This document shows positions 53,077-64,000 of a DNA stretch of 64,000 bases, in pieces. The stretch lies in NCBI GenBank assembly GCA_012295275.1, contig CM022674.1, forward strand, positions 13,702,001-13,766,000, written 5' to 3'. The first letter of the stretch is position 1. Each line of letters opens with the position of its first letter. Under the pieces are notes generated by a model. That model was not told where the DNA came from, did no database searches, and worked only from the letters and a program-made list of their open reading frames with translations. The translations under genes were made by a program, and so were the position numbers. Source of the stretch: Chrysomallon squamiferum (lineage: Eukaryota; Animalia; Mollusca).

Positions 53077-55417
53077 CAAAGAATGAGAAAATGGAAAGAG
53101 ATTATAAATATCTGGAAAGAGAAAAATAAATTACTATTGTAAATAAATCACATTATTTAAAGACCACAATTTTATTACAATTAAATTATATTATCTTAAA
53201 AAAAACAAAGAACTACAATTATAAATAAATTTATATTTTTTGAAACAACACTGAATAACTATTATAAATAAATCAAATTATTTTTAAACTGGTGAATTAT
53301 TATTACAAATAAATTATTTTGTCTTAAAACAACAATGAATAACTGTTATAAAATAATAATGTTATCTTAAAACCACAATCAGTTATCGTTCTATATAAAA
53401 CATCCTAAAACAATGATAAATACTGATTTAAACAAATCGGTATAACTGTTATGGATCAAAAACTGTCTTAAACAGAACTCCTTCAGATTAAGCCATTGAT
53501 AGGAAGAATAAACATTCTGTCACAGAAATATTTCTAATTAGCACCATCACATTCAGATGATTCATTCATCGGTAAGTTTGAATAACAGAACAAAAACCTT
53601 TCAAATGGTCAAAGCTGGACAAACGTCATGTTCAACGTGATACTAACAAAGTGTCTGATCAGTGGCCATTAGCACAAATGTCCAGTTATGGACACATTCA
53701 TGCAGAATGCAGGAATCTTCCTGGCATCACTGCACCATTATTCAGCTAATCAGTGACAAACCAAGAGCCATAAATGTCAGCTGCAAAGACCTGATTCTCA
53801 TCAAAATATTTTCACAATCATCAATTCTCCAATTGTAACCATTGTTAGCATGTCTTTAATAAAGTCGGAAATGATCTTGTATTTAAAATGATTCTTTATT
53901 TAAATATAAAATTAGACTTTATTTAATTTAGTATTACATTTGATTGTAATCATTATATTTAACATCATCATAATTTAAAATATAAAGTGTTTATTTTATT
54001 TAAAAATGACAAAATTTGAAATGATATTTTATTGAACATCATCCTGCATTTAAAATGTTTAGTTACTTTAGTTAATTTAAAAATTATAAGTACTGTTTTA
54101 CAATTTATAATGGTTCTGCACTTAAAACTTTAAATGATAGTCCATTTAATTAAAAAAGTCCTACAATTTATCATTTTTATTATGTTAACATTAACATGTG
54201 TTTTAAATCTTTTACTGATTCTTTATTCAAGTAATAAGTTATTATTTATATTACAATTAATAATGTTTTTTATTTAACATTATTCTGAATTCAGAATTTT
54301 CATGGTGGATAGAAATTATTAGTGAAAAAATATATTTACAGGAGTTAAATAACAATATTCAAAAATACACATAAAGTGACTACAATTATCAAAAAATATT
54401 TTTTTTAAATATTTGTGATATCAAACAAAAAATATAAAGTGCAGTAATCACAAACAAGACACTAAAATGTTCCACAGTCCCTACATATTTTTGTTCCGTG
54501 TATATGAATTTCTGACAGAACTCAAAACAAATTTCAACAATGCTGATAAAACAATCCATCTATAAACAAAACATGTTTCTAGAATTCTGCTGTCATGTAT
54601 TTATAATTACATCAACAAAGATAAATATTTCACTTACTGTATTAGATGTCAGTGAAAGAAGAATTTTACCTATTAGCAATGTTAAATATTATATAATTTT
54701 GTTATTGAGAATGGTGCGATAAATGCAATAATAATTTAAAAGTTATATTTACCTTATATTAATTATTATTTAAGGTGAAACAATTTAATAATAGTGTGTT
54801 TTTACATGTATATTTGTGTGTGTAAATGAGTGTGCAGCCTATGGTATTTGTATATGTGTGTGACTGTCTGTGCACACATGTGCATGTGTGAAAACTGTAT
54901 GTGTCACATTGTGTGGGAATAAATGTGTATGTATAAAATTACTAATGACATTTAAAAAGTCAAGTCAGCTTAATATATATTTGTTCCTATTTACAAAATG
55001 AATGCATTTACACACATTTTTTTATGTACATACAGTTTACACACAGACATACATAGAAACATACAAACACATGTACATTTTATATATATTTATCTATATA
55101 TTATTATATATACAAAACACACACACAACACACATACATACATATACAACAGCAGAAATAAGCACTATGCACTCACTGTAAACTCTGCATATAAGTGAAA
55201 TGTCAAATTATTATAAATATTTTTTGAGATATCAATCTCATATTTGACCTAACTCTTGACCTCGGCATGTAATCAAATAATAACATCCTTCTAGGGCTGT
55301 TACAGCAGTCAGCTATTAACACAGGAAACATGTACAGTAGTACTTACACACTTACACAGCATCAACCAGCCAGCAATTAGTATATACACACACACATACA
55401 TACACACATACACACAC

Positions 55418-55448
<31 letters not shown>

Positions 55449-55909
55449 TCTACATACATACACAAACATACATATACAGATTTATCATACATACATACAT
55501 ACATACATACATATGTTTTATATACATATATATATACACAAACATACATATACAGATTTATCTATATATCACACGTTTTGCATAGAATGTATGTACATGT
55601 ATGTGTATATGTGGATGTGTGTGTGTGTATATTCATCATGCATCATAATGTATTGCAGATATACACATACATGTATACACGTGTGTGCATTTGTATGTAT
55701 ATGTATGTATAATTTCAAAAATTTATAACCATCTCAGATTTTGATTAAAATTTTGAATAAATGTGGACTATCGTGGCTTCTGGGGCTACTCTGTGATTAG
55801 GGGTCCTAAAGCTTAAGCTTCTTTAGTTTCATAACAGATCTGCCCCTGTGTGAACGTGACTGTGCAGATGATTGTTCTACTGAACTGCAGAGGAATGAGT
55901 GTGTTCATA

Positions 55910-55940
<31 letters not shown>

Positions 55941-56539
55941 GTGTGTGTGTGTGAGAAGGTGTATGTTTTAAAATACTTGTAAAATGATACTAAGTCAATT
56001 AAATCAAAGTGAGCTGTAACTGAACTTGTTACAAAGCATAATGTTAATAACCTGATTATATGTAAATGCTCACTTATTTATATGTTATTTCATAGGCAGC
56101 ATTACGTAAGTTTTGTTATCTTGTAAATAATTAATTAATATTTAACTCTGTTAAATATTCCTGATGGAGAAGGACACTGTCTTCAAAGTTTAATGTATTC
56201 ACCGTAATACTTTGGTTTTATTTTCTTTCTTAAAACAACCATACCTGTAGAGGTAGTAAAATGACTAAACGATGAATAATGTGTCAATAAATAACTAATG
56301 CCCAAAAGGTGTTTTTAATCAGTCATAAAAATATATATATACACACACTGAACATTTACACTCAATGGCTTTGGCAATTTTTTTAAAACATAAATTACAT
56401 TTAAAATGTTATGTTAATTAGCAACATAAGACCATTTGCAAATAAAAGAACTGACCACTACCCTGATTAAATTCACTCGGAGATTTTTAAATGATATAAA
56501 TATTGACCAATCCTTAAACGGAAATCATCTGACAGATGT

Positions 56540-57060
56540 TTCTGTTTTCGGCCGCGGTACTCAAAACCATCGATTTATTAACTGGATTATGAAAATGAAG
56601 AAATATTTAATTATCAAATAAATTTTCATAATTAAAATATGGCATTTCTAATAGCAGAATGGCCGGGTATTAATTGTTATTCTCAATAAAGGTTCTCTAA
56701 AACAATGGCTATCGCGTCGTAAACATGCATAACGAATTCGGTCGATCAAAATCGAGCTCACGTTTCCCGGTGAAAAATGCAAAATGTCCGTCATGGATAA
56801 GACAGAAAATTAGGTCTTACCTGCTGTGTTTTAAGCATGATCTTCATGGTCTCAAATCCTTCAACAGAAATAATCCTTTTCCCGGAAATATTACAGTCAT
56901 TTTGACGGTCTTTGTGACACACTTCTATGCGACATTGCTAACTCCTTTGACATCGCCAGGGGGCGCTATTGTTCACTTTTACTTCCGTGTTTTCCCTGAC
57001 TCGGGTAAGACAATGATCATTCGCTAAAACAAAATGGTGTCATTCGGCTCGTTGTCTTTC
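56540..57060. promoter_or_regulatory. CpG-rich candidate bidirectional promoter with divergent first-exon donors and a CTCF-like motif
   Basis: Minus-strand donor CAG|GTAAGA at 56821; plus-strand donor CGG|GTAAGA at 57004; CGCCAGGGGGCGCTA at 56954-56968; ETS-like ACTTCCG at 56981. Confidence 0.6.
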
Positions 57061-57339
57061 AATGCAGAAATTTCATAAGTTGTAATATTATGTTCGTTCA
57101 AAATTTTATAAAAATTACATTAAAATTGTTTAAAATGAAATAAATCACAAATTAGTTTAAAGACAAAAAGATGAAAGAAAATATTAAGAGGTAATACTAG
57201 CTAACATCAAAACCTGGTGAAATCTTTTTAACCAATATTACGTGTACTTTTTTATTATTATTTATTTATTTTATTTTATTTTATTTTTATTATCTTATTT
57301 TTGTTATTTTTTATTATTATTATTTTTTTTTTTTATTAA

Positions 57340-57389
<50 letters not shown>

Positions 57390-57739
57390 TGTTGTTTTGT
57401 GCATGACATCATTTGATCATACAAGTTGGGTGATTGACCTAAAGCTGATTTTTTATTATACCCATTAAAAGCTCAAACGCTAGCAAAGAAAAAAAAAGAA
57501 AAAAAGGTAAATACATGTTTATACATATTTCCTCGTAGGTACATTGGCGATGTATTCATTGGTTCAATGAGTTTATTGGAGCGATTATTTGTTGATATTA
57601 CAATCTTCATTTCAGGCAAACTGACCACAGCTTATTTTGAAGTCGTTTCTGTATCAGACCAACACTAAATCATCTCGATCGAATGACATATTAAAAACAT
57701 TTAATTTTAATTGGAGTATCAGAATTTTATTAAATTTGC

Positions 57740-57788
<49 letters not shown>

Positions 57789-58629
57789 GATTGCTGTTAT
57801 TTTTCCATATGATTTGTATTGTGTTTACGTTCTTTCGCCTAAACTATGCATCTTCAATAGTTAAAAGCCGCAATACATATCAGATGATTCTCAGAGCTGC
57901 ATGATAAGATTATGACCACGAATCCATCTCGTTCTCCAAGTAATCCCTATTCATTTTCTTAAATACACAGTTCAGCATTCTCGATTCTTTAGCTAAGACG
58001 GATATGTCTGAAACGTCAGTATAATTACGTAAACACATTCTGATTGATGACTGATTTAGTGTTTGATTTGAAGGCTGGCTGTATGATATGCGAATGAGTC
58101 TTTGATCACCTGACTGATAAATGATTATTGGTTATTGATGGTTTATTTGGTTGTTGTTGTTCGTGTTTGTTGTCAGGTTTTGTATGACTGTGGTTAGCTG
58201 ATCAGCTAACGTATCTGGCGATCGATTCATTGATTACTCATATATTGATTATCGCCCGTTATATGACTGATTGACTGACTGGTGACTAATCGCCTCTCCT
58301 ACTCACCGACTCATGGATTGATTGACTGACTGATTGAGTAACTAACTGAAATAACAGGAAATCAAAAGCTCATATAAGTACTCTGATATATCAGATTTTG
58401 AACCTGCTCATAGAAAATTCTAAAATCTGCATAAGTTATAGACAAACAATGAGATAACAATATACTATTTGGTTAATTAATAAACCTACACTGTAAATTA
58501 AATGGATAATTAAAGGAAATCAAGAATTTGAATACTGAACAATTTTGCTTTAATAAGAACTTCACTGACTCGGTGTATAATTAATGTTTAATGATTTCTA
58601 CTGTTAGAACCTACTAAGCATCAGGCATG

Positions 58630-58730
58630 CATCGTTTGAGAGAAGAAACTCGCTTACCGTTACTTCTTGAACTACTCCTACTAATGAGTGTGCAAGCGAT
58701 CTTTTTTCACGTGCATGTTCCTAAAGACAT
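58630..58730 (-). mobile_element. Degenerate Nin-domain-like SINE fragment
   Basis: gagagaagaaactcgcttaccg...actactccta...gcaagcgatcttttt...tgcatgttcctaaagaca resembles the recalled GAGAGGAAACCCGCTG...GCTACTCTT...GCAAGGGATCTTTTATATGCAC...CCACAGACA. Confidence 0.5.
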
Positions 58731-59146
58731 CCAAATATGCATTTTTAAAATCTTAATTAAATATTGTGAATAACAAGATGTTATAATTACTGATTATTAG
58801 ATTTTCAGCTGTATCTTGAGAGAGTTGCATACAAGTAGAAACTTATTAAATCTAGTTTGATAAAAATTTGACATCTACTGCCATGTGCTTGAGCATGTGA
58901 ACTTAAGTAATGAATAAATGTTTATATGAATAAACCATTCACATGTCACTGAACCATTTTATCTATACAGCACATCGTGAACATTCTTGTCCTTTGTTGG
59001 TTCGCCAGCAAAATGGTGGAAATATCCTCAAAAACGACAGGAAATCAACCTGGCGCAGAAAATGACCGAAGTTTGTGTCGTGTTTTTATTACTTTCTTAA
59101 ATGCAGTTTCTTGACATCTGCTAAAAATAATTGTACTTCAGATAAA

Positions 59147-59188
59147 ATGGAAACTGATTCAGATCCAAATTCATTGGCTAAAGCAATG
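59147..59188 (+). CDS. Zinc-module gene coding exon 1
   Basis: CTTCAG|ATAAAATG; METDSDPNSLAKAM; donor |GTAAAG. Confidence 0.7.
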
Positions 59189-62100
59189 GTAAAGTGATCT
59201 TTCTTTATACAGTGAACCGAACTATCAACGTCTATTAAGCGACCACTTGCCTCGTTCTGTTGACACTATTGTGCAGACTAGAGAAATCTTTTATTTGTCA
59301 CAGTACAGAGAACCGACAATTTTTTATTCTTAATAAAGAATTATAAAGCACTGGTCTTTATATATTATATTACTGTATGCTACCACACATATGTTTGGTT
59401 TCTATGTTCATTTCTATATTTTTTCTTCTACTTTTTCATTCTTTTAAAACTTAATTCTATACAAAATTAATTTAATATATTGATCACTAACTGAAGTATT
59501 CAACTTTGCTGCATGTGCTGACCATTATATTTTTAACAAAGCCAGTAATTTAATTGGATCTAATAAACGTTGCAAGATTAATCCTCTTTGACAGACTCTG
59601 TGAGTGTTTTCTTGTTCCAGAAAATGTCCTTCTATAATATTTTCTTTCCATTTGTTTGAAGATGCATATAAAAGACACCTAACTGTCTGACAGTAAAAGT
59701 TACTGCAGGACATTTGCTCACTAAATAGTTACTCACCAGACATTTTTACAATCAATATTTTTAATCTGGGATGACCAATAATGTTCAGTGTGCAAATGTC
59801 CTGGCACTATTAAAGTATCGCATGCTGTGTAATAGCTGGTTAAAATTGATCTTCTCATATAATGATTATACAAAGAATAATGTCACTGCATTATAATAAT
59901 GTTAATAGTGCATTTTTATTGTTCTTTTCAACTATTCTTTAATTCAATGGAAATTATAGAACAATTTTATATTTCTAGGTTAACAAGTCACACTATACAC
60001 ACATAAATTGTAAGAAAGAAATACAGCTCTCTAGATGTCATGATGACAGCTGTAAATGTATGAAAGTCCACTGTCCCTTCTGTGACGTGCAACATTTTAA
60101 ACCATCTGGATCAATGCGTGTACGAGACCACATCACCCAGTCTCATTTTAAATATGCTGTTGTCATGGGAGGTAAAAATAATTTATCTTCATTCACTGTC
60201 TTTGATTTTAATCTTCTTGTATTTAATTATTTTATTACTTTATGCTGAACAGTTTTAATATTTATAATTTTTAATAATAATAATATAAATAAATATGTTT
60301 TATCTGTTTAGTTATTTAATTTAATTTTCTTTCATTCTTTTCTACTATGATTTTTTTTTTTTAAATTAATTTTTTGTGTTTATTATTTTTTAGCAAACAC
60401 ACACAAATGTATACACATATATATACATATATACACGTATACACACATATATATACATTTACTATTTCTTTTTTTATAATTAAATAGCTTATAATTTTCT
60501 ATTTATTTATTTTGTATTGTATTCTCTTCCAGAAACACTTATTGTGAAATGTTTTCACAAATGCAACATGACATCAGGTCACTTTCACTGTCCATATTGT
60601 GAACAGCAGCTGTACAAGAGACGAGCCTTTTCACAACATCTCAGAAGTCATCTCAAGAAAATAGTATATTTCCTTTTGTTAATTATATATTCTATACAGA
60701 TATTTCAATTAGCATTAATTTAACACTATAACCACAGTGCAGGTTTTAGACTAGCACAGAATGAGGTATTTTTAATAAGATATAATGACATTTAATTTTC
60801 TAATTATTTACTTTTTTGAAACACATAACTGAATTACTTTGAGTTTTATTTTTATATGGAGCAAAGCAGTTTGATAATATGACAAAAAAAAGTTAAATAA
60901 TAAATATCTTTAAGGTTTAAAAATGTGCAACAGATGTTGTTGATTAAATTGTGTTAATTACCAGGTAAACACTTTAGAAATAAAAAATAAACAATCAAAC
61001 ATTTCACCTAATTTGAGATTATTATGTAGATATAACTATTTCAGGCTCAGATTATATAAAATCTTTTTGCAGAAAAAAAAAAAATAAACACACACATGCA
61101 CACATATTTTCTAAAGGATTACAGGCATATTTCAAAAAGTTATATATTTTTTTTTATGTTGTCTTTTTAGGGGAAAGATGAAAACACTGTTACTTTTTTC
61201 TACAGTAATCAGCCCAAAACTATCAGTTTTGGTGGTAAGTAAAATATTCTTAGGGTATGTTCCAGATTTTAGAAAAGAGGGTACACAGTTGCTATTATGA
61301 GTTTTATTACAATGAAAGAACACAATTCTGGTTGAAAAAAAAAAAATAATAATAATAATAAATAAATATAATAAGAGTCATTTAAATTATTCATAATAAA
61401 TAAAAAATAATTTAAAAAAATAATAATCATAAAAATATATATATACATATACATAATAATAATAATAATATTAATTTATTTAGCATCCAGATAATCTGAC
61501 ATGAAAATGCATCAAAACTGATTCTCCTATCATAGAATCCATCACTAAATTATGAATTTTTAAAAAACGTTTTTTTTTTTTTTTTTTAATTTTCTCTATC
61601 GTCCAGGTGTGGAAATAGAACTGTGTTCGGACAGCTGTGAGGACATGCTTGGACAGCACTACCACTGTCCACTCTGTGGAAGGAGGAAGTGCAGCAGCAT
61701 GGGTGTCATGGTAACTCATCTGTGGCGATGCCAAGATCGTATCAAATACAGATGCAGATTACCAGTTTTACAAGAATCTCAAACTGGTTTACAAGAAATC
61801 AAACATCTTCCTCATTTAAAAGAAGTCCTTGGAGATAAGGTAAGAAATAGTTTATTTGAATTACCAGACTGTAATGTATTTGGGTAGCAGAGGAAATGTT
61901 TGAGGGATGACTATTAGTTATATAACTAATTTGTCTTCAGACATTTTTCTTTCTTTTGGTTTATGCATTGAAGTAAAATTTATGTTCAGAATTTTTTTTT
62001 TTTTTATAAAGGAAGCATATAAAATATTGCATGTGATGTAATATACTAGTATACAGTAATAATTAATAATATTTTTTGTTGTTGTTTTTCTTCTGTGAAA

Positions 62101-64000
62101 TTGTTTTAAACTTCCCTTTCAGTTGTTAGTTTTAATGCAATGACAGACATATACTCAGTTAAGGATTTGTATGGTTTATTTGTACATGAAGTGAAACAAA
62201 AACCTTGTTCTGTTAGCCTAATATCATTTGAGGTTCAAAGATTTCAAAAAGGAATGAATGAAATTTATTAACAAATTAAAATTTCAGTATAGTTTAATAG
62301 CTTTTTACCAGCAGTTACTAACTTTTTAAAGTATCCTCTACATTTGTTCTGTATTGTATTACAAGTATCCTACCAGTACCTTCTATGTCAACAGTGGAAG
62401 AACTTAATACTTAAAGATAAATATCTTTGTTGTTTTATTTTCAGTGGCATATTTCAATTGTACGAACTCTCAGTGACCTTCCTGTGACCCAGTGTGACCT
62501 TGACATTTGTTGTAACAAAAAGTTTCACTGTGGATTGTGTACAACTGAGGTATTCAAGCCAGCAAATTATTTGGAGTTGAAACAGCATTTTGTTACTCAT
62601 TGGGATAACAGAGTTACCTGCCTTGGTAAGATATGCTATATATTTTGTTTATTTTTTATTTTTTTTTTTTGTTTCAAAGTTTGTGACAAACTTCCTTATT
62701 AAGTTAGATGTATACAGTATTCTTGTGAGTCTTCATTAACATAAGCTCTCCCTGTTATCAAATCTCTATTGTGTTTTTACTTATAACTTGTTAATGGTTT
62801 TTTCTTTACTTTTTTCTAGATTATTCTGTGTTGCCTTGTTACTTAAACTGTGAAGTCAGAGAAAAAGTTTCAGAAGGTGTCCAATGTCATTATCATTGTC
62901 CAGGATGTGGTCAGACTTTTATATATCAGAATACATTTACAGCTCATCTGAAGGAGTGCACAAAGGGAAATAACTCCATTGAATCAGTATCTGAAATAGA
63001 TCAGAAGCCTTTTGATTCAACTGATGGTAACACCAAGTCCTTGGAAATGAATAATAAGAAATCTGTGGACAATTTCACAATTAACACTACTGGTAAAAAG
63101 ATTTTTCTTATGAATTTATGCATTTTTCAATTAATTAATGAACAGCTTGTACCAAATTATTCAGTAATCTGAACACATTTTTGTTTTAATTTTTTTAAAT
63201 TTATTTTATTTTATTTTTCTACTTTGTCTGTTTTATATTTTGATTTCTTTAAGGAGGAAAAATATACATTTTTATATCTGTGCACTGGGTTTTTATATTC
63301 TAACTAGTAACTTATAATTAATAAAGGTTGATGCCAGATTATGTATTTGTTCAAAACCACATACATTGTTTACAGGGAAATAATGTAATATTTTAATAGA
63401 TTTATTAAGTTTGTTGATCACTCCATATATTTAAATTTTATTAATATATTTTTCAAAATAAATTTGATAAAATATACAATTTTTAAAATTTTTAGATGCA
63501 GCTGAAAAGTCTCAGATTCACAGATTTCAGAAGCCCCAGTATTGAGAGAACCAAAAACAGAAGTAAAAATTTTGTTGATAAATTTATAATTAATTAACAC
63601 TACTTAATTTTTTTACTTTTACAAAAATGGATAATTTTATATTTATTTTTTGAAGAGATTTTCTCATTGTTGAGTTAGTTCAAATTATTTTTATCCACAA
63701 TAAACTAAATTTTTTGTAACAATGATATTTGAACATTTTTATACCTGTAATTTTAAACTCAAGTTTACCTAAATACAAAACAGACTGAAATAAATATCTA
63801 TATTATTATCACGAAAATGTATTTTTAGCTGTTTGAGACTGTGACAGCAATTCTGAGTAATGACACAATCACAAAACTTGAAGAGAGACTTGGTGAGTCA
63901 ATCAGCAACATTCTTGGCAGTGTCACCCATCTGGCAGGGTGTCACTGGTCCTCATCCCCAGGGACACAGAAGACAGTACACGCCTTAAATGGCACCATTG
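59147..64000 (+). CDS. Uncharacterised multi-exon protein with repeated HxHC/CxxC zinc-binding modules, 5' part; exons 59147-59188, 59979-60171, 60533-60663, 61171-61234, 61607-61839, 62445-62625, 62820-63092, (about 63496/63516-63562), 63829->64000
   Basis: First seven exons splice in frame with GT-AG ends; five knuckles: VHCPFC..H...H, HFHCPYC..HLRSH, HYHCPLC..HLWRC, FHCGLC..HFVTH, HYHCPGC..HLKEC. Confidence 0.85.
59979..60171 (+). CDS. Zinc-module gene exon 2
   Basis: VNKSHYTHINCKKEIQLSRCHDDSCKCMKVHCPFCDVQHFKPSGSMRVRDHITQSHFKYAVVMG; phases 0 to 1. Confidence 0.85.
60533..60663 (+). CDS. Zinc-module gene exon 3
   Basis: ETLIVKCFHKCNMTSGHFHCPYCEQQLYKRRAFSQHLRSHLKKI; phases 1 to 0. Confidence 0.85.
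61171..61234 (+). CDS. Zinc-module gene exon 4
   Basis: TTTTAG|GKDENTVTFFYSNQPKTISFG, donor G|GTAAGT; needed to bridge phase 0 to 1. Confidence 0.72.
61607..61839 (+). CDS. Zinc-module gene exon 5
   Basis: GVEIELCSDSCEDMLGQHYHCPLCGRRKCSSMGVMVTHLWRC...VLGDK; donor |GTAAGA. Confidence 0.85.
62445..62625 (+). CDS. Zinc-module gene exon 6
   Basis: WHISIVRTLSDLPVTQCDLDICCNKKFHCGLCTTEVFKPANYLELKQHFVTHWDNRVTCL; phases 0 to 1. Confidence 0.86.
62820..63092 (+). CDS. Zinc-module gene exon 7
   Basis: DYSVLPCYLNCEVREKVSEGVQCHYHCPGCGQTFIYQNTFTAHLKEC...TINTT; donor G|GTAAAA. Confidence 0.85.
63829..64000 (+). CDS. Zinc-module gene downstream exon (runs to window edge or to an internal donor)
   Basis: TTTTTAG|CTG; open frame LFETVTAILSNDTITKLEERLGESISNILGSVTHLAGCHWSSSPGTQKTVHALNGTI. 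Confidence 0.65.
   Translation, partial: MFETVTAILSNDTITKLEERLGESISNILGSVTHLAGCHWSSSPGTQKTVHALNGTI

Noticed and set aside
55760-55848. Possible MITE end (AAGCTTAAGCTT...GATCTGCCCCTG)
   Set aside because: Only one putative terminus is visible, with no partner TIR or target-site duplication; too weak to call.
57880-58060. C/D-box snoRNA in the intergenic/leader region
   Set aside because: No clean RTGATGA...CTGA pair with a terminal stem or recognisable rRNA guide.
63497-63505. In-frame TGA (TGC AGC TGA) read as selenocysteine
   Set aside because: That frame is incompatible with the upstream exon phase and no SECIS can be assessed in the window; an indel or alternative acceptor is simpler.

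Overview
AT-rich, microsatellite-dense animal genomic DNA, most likely a mollusc/gastropod (inferred from degenerate Nin-domain-like SINE fragments). Hand-splicing gives three intron-containing protein-coding genes. (1) Minus strand, 6269 to beyond position 1: the 5' part of a divergent synaptotagmin (N-terminal TM helix, C2A, start of C2B), whose first coding intron has a GC-AG donor. (2) Minus strand, 44503-19666: a complete Ephexin-family RhoGEF with 20 phase-consistent coding exons (about 1546 aa; long disordered N-terminus, DH-PH-SH3), a probable non-coding first exon near 56821-56930 and a long 3' UTR. (3) Plus strand, 59147 to beyond 64000: an uncharacterised protein made of repeated C-x-C...H[FY]HCPxC...H zinc-binding modules, head-to-head with the RhoGEF across a CpG-rich region that carries a CTCF-like motif. 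The most notable unexplained structures are: a 259-bp, about 93% identical inverted repeat bracketing exactly the first two coding exons of the RhoGEF (candidate circRNA/exon-skipping switch, with an AG|GT recursive-type acceptor and a stop codon directly after the predicted back-splice junction); a 31-bp intronic minisatellite composed of IRF/ISRE-type motifs; and a 26-bp minisatellite that supplies the RhoGEF stop codon. Most ORFs in the supplied track are simple-repeat artefacts. All family assignments come from motif recognition by eye; no database search was run.
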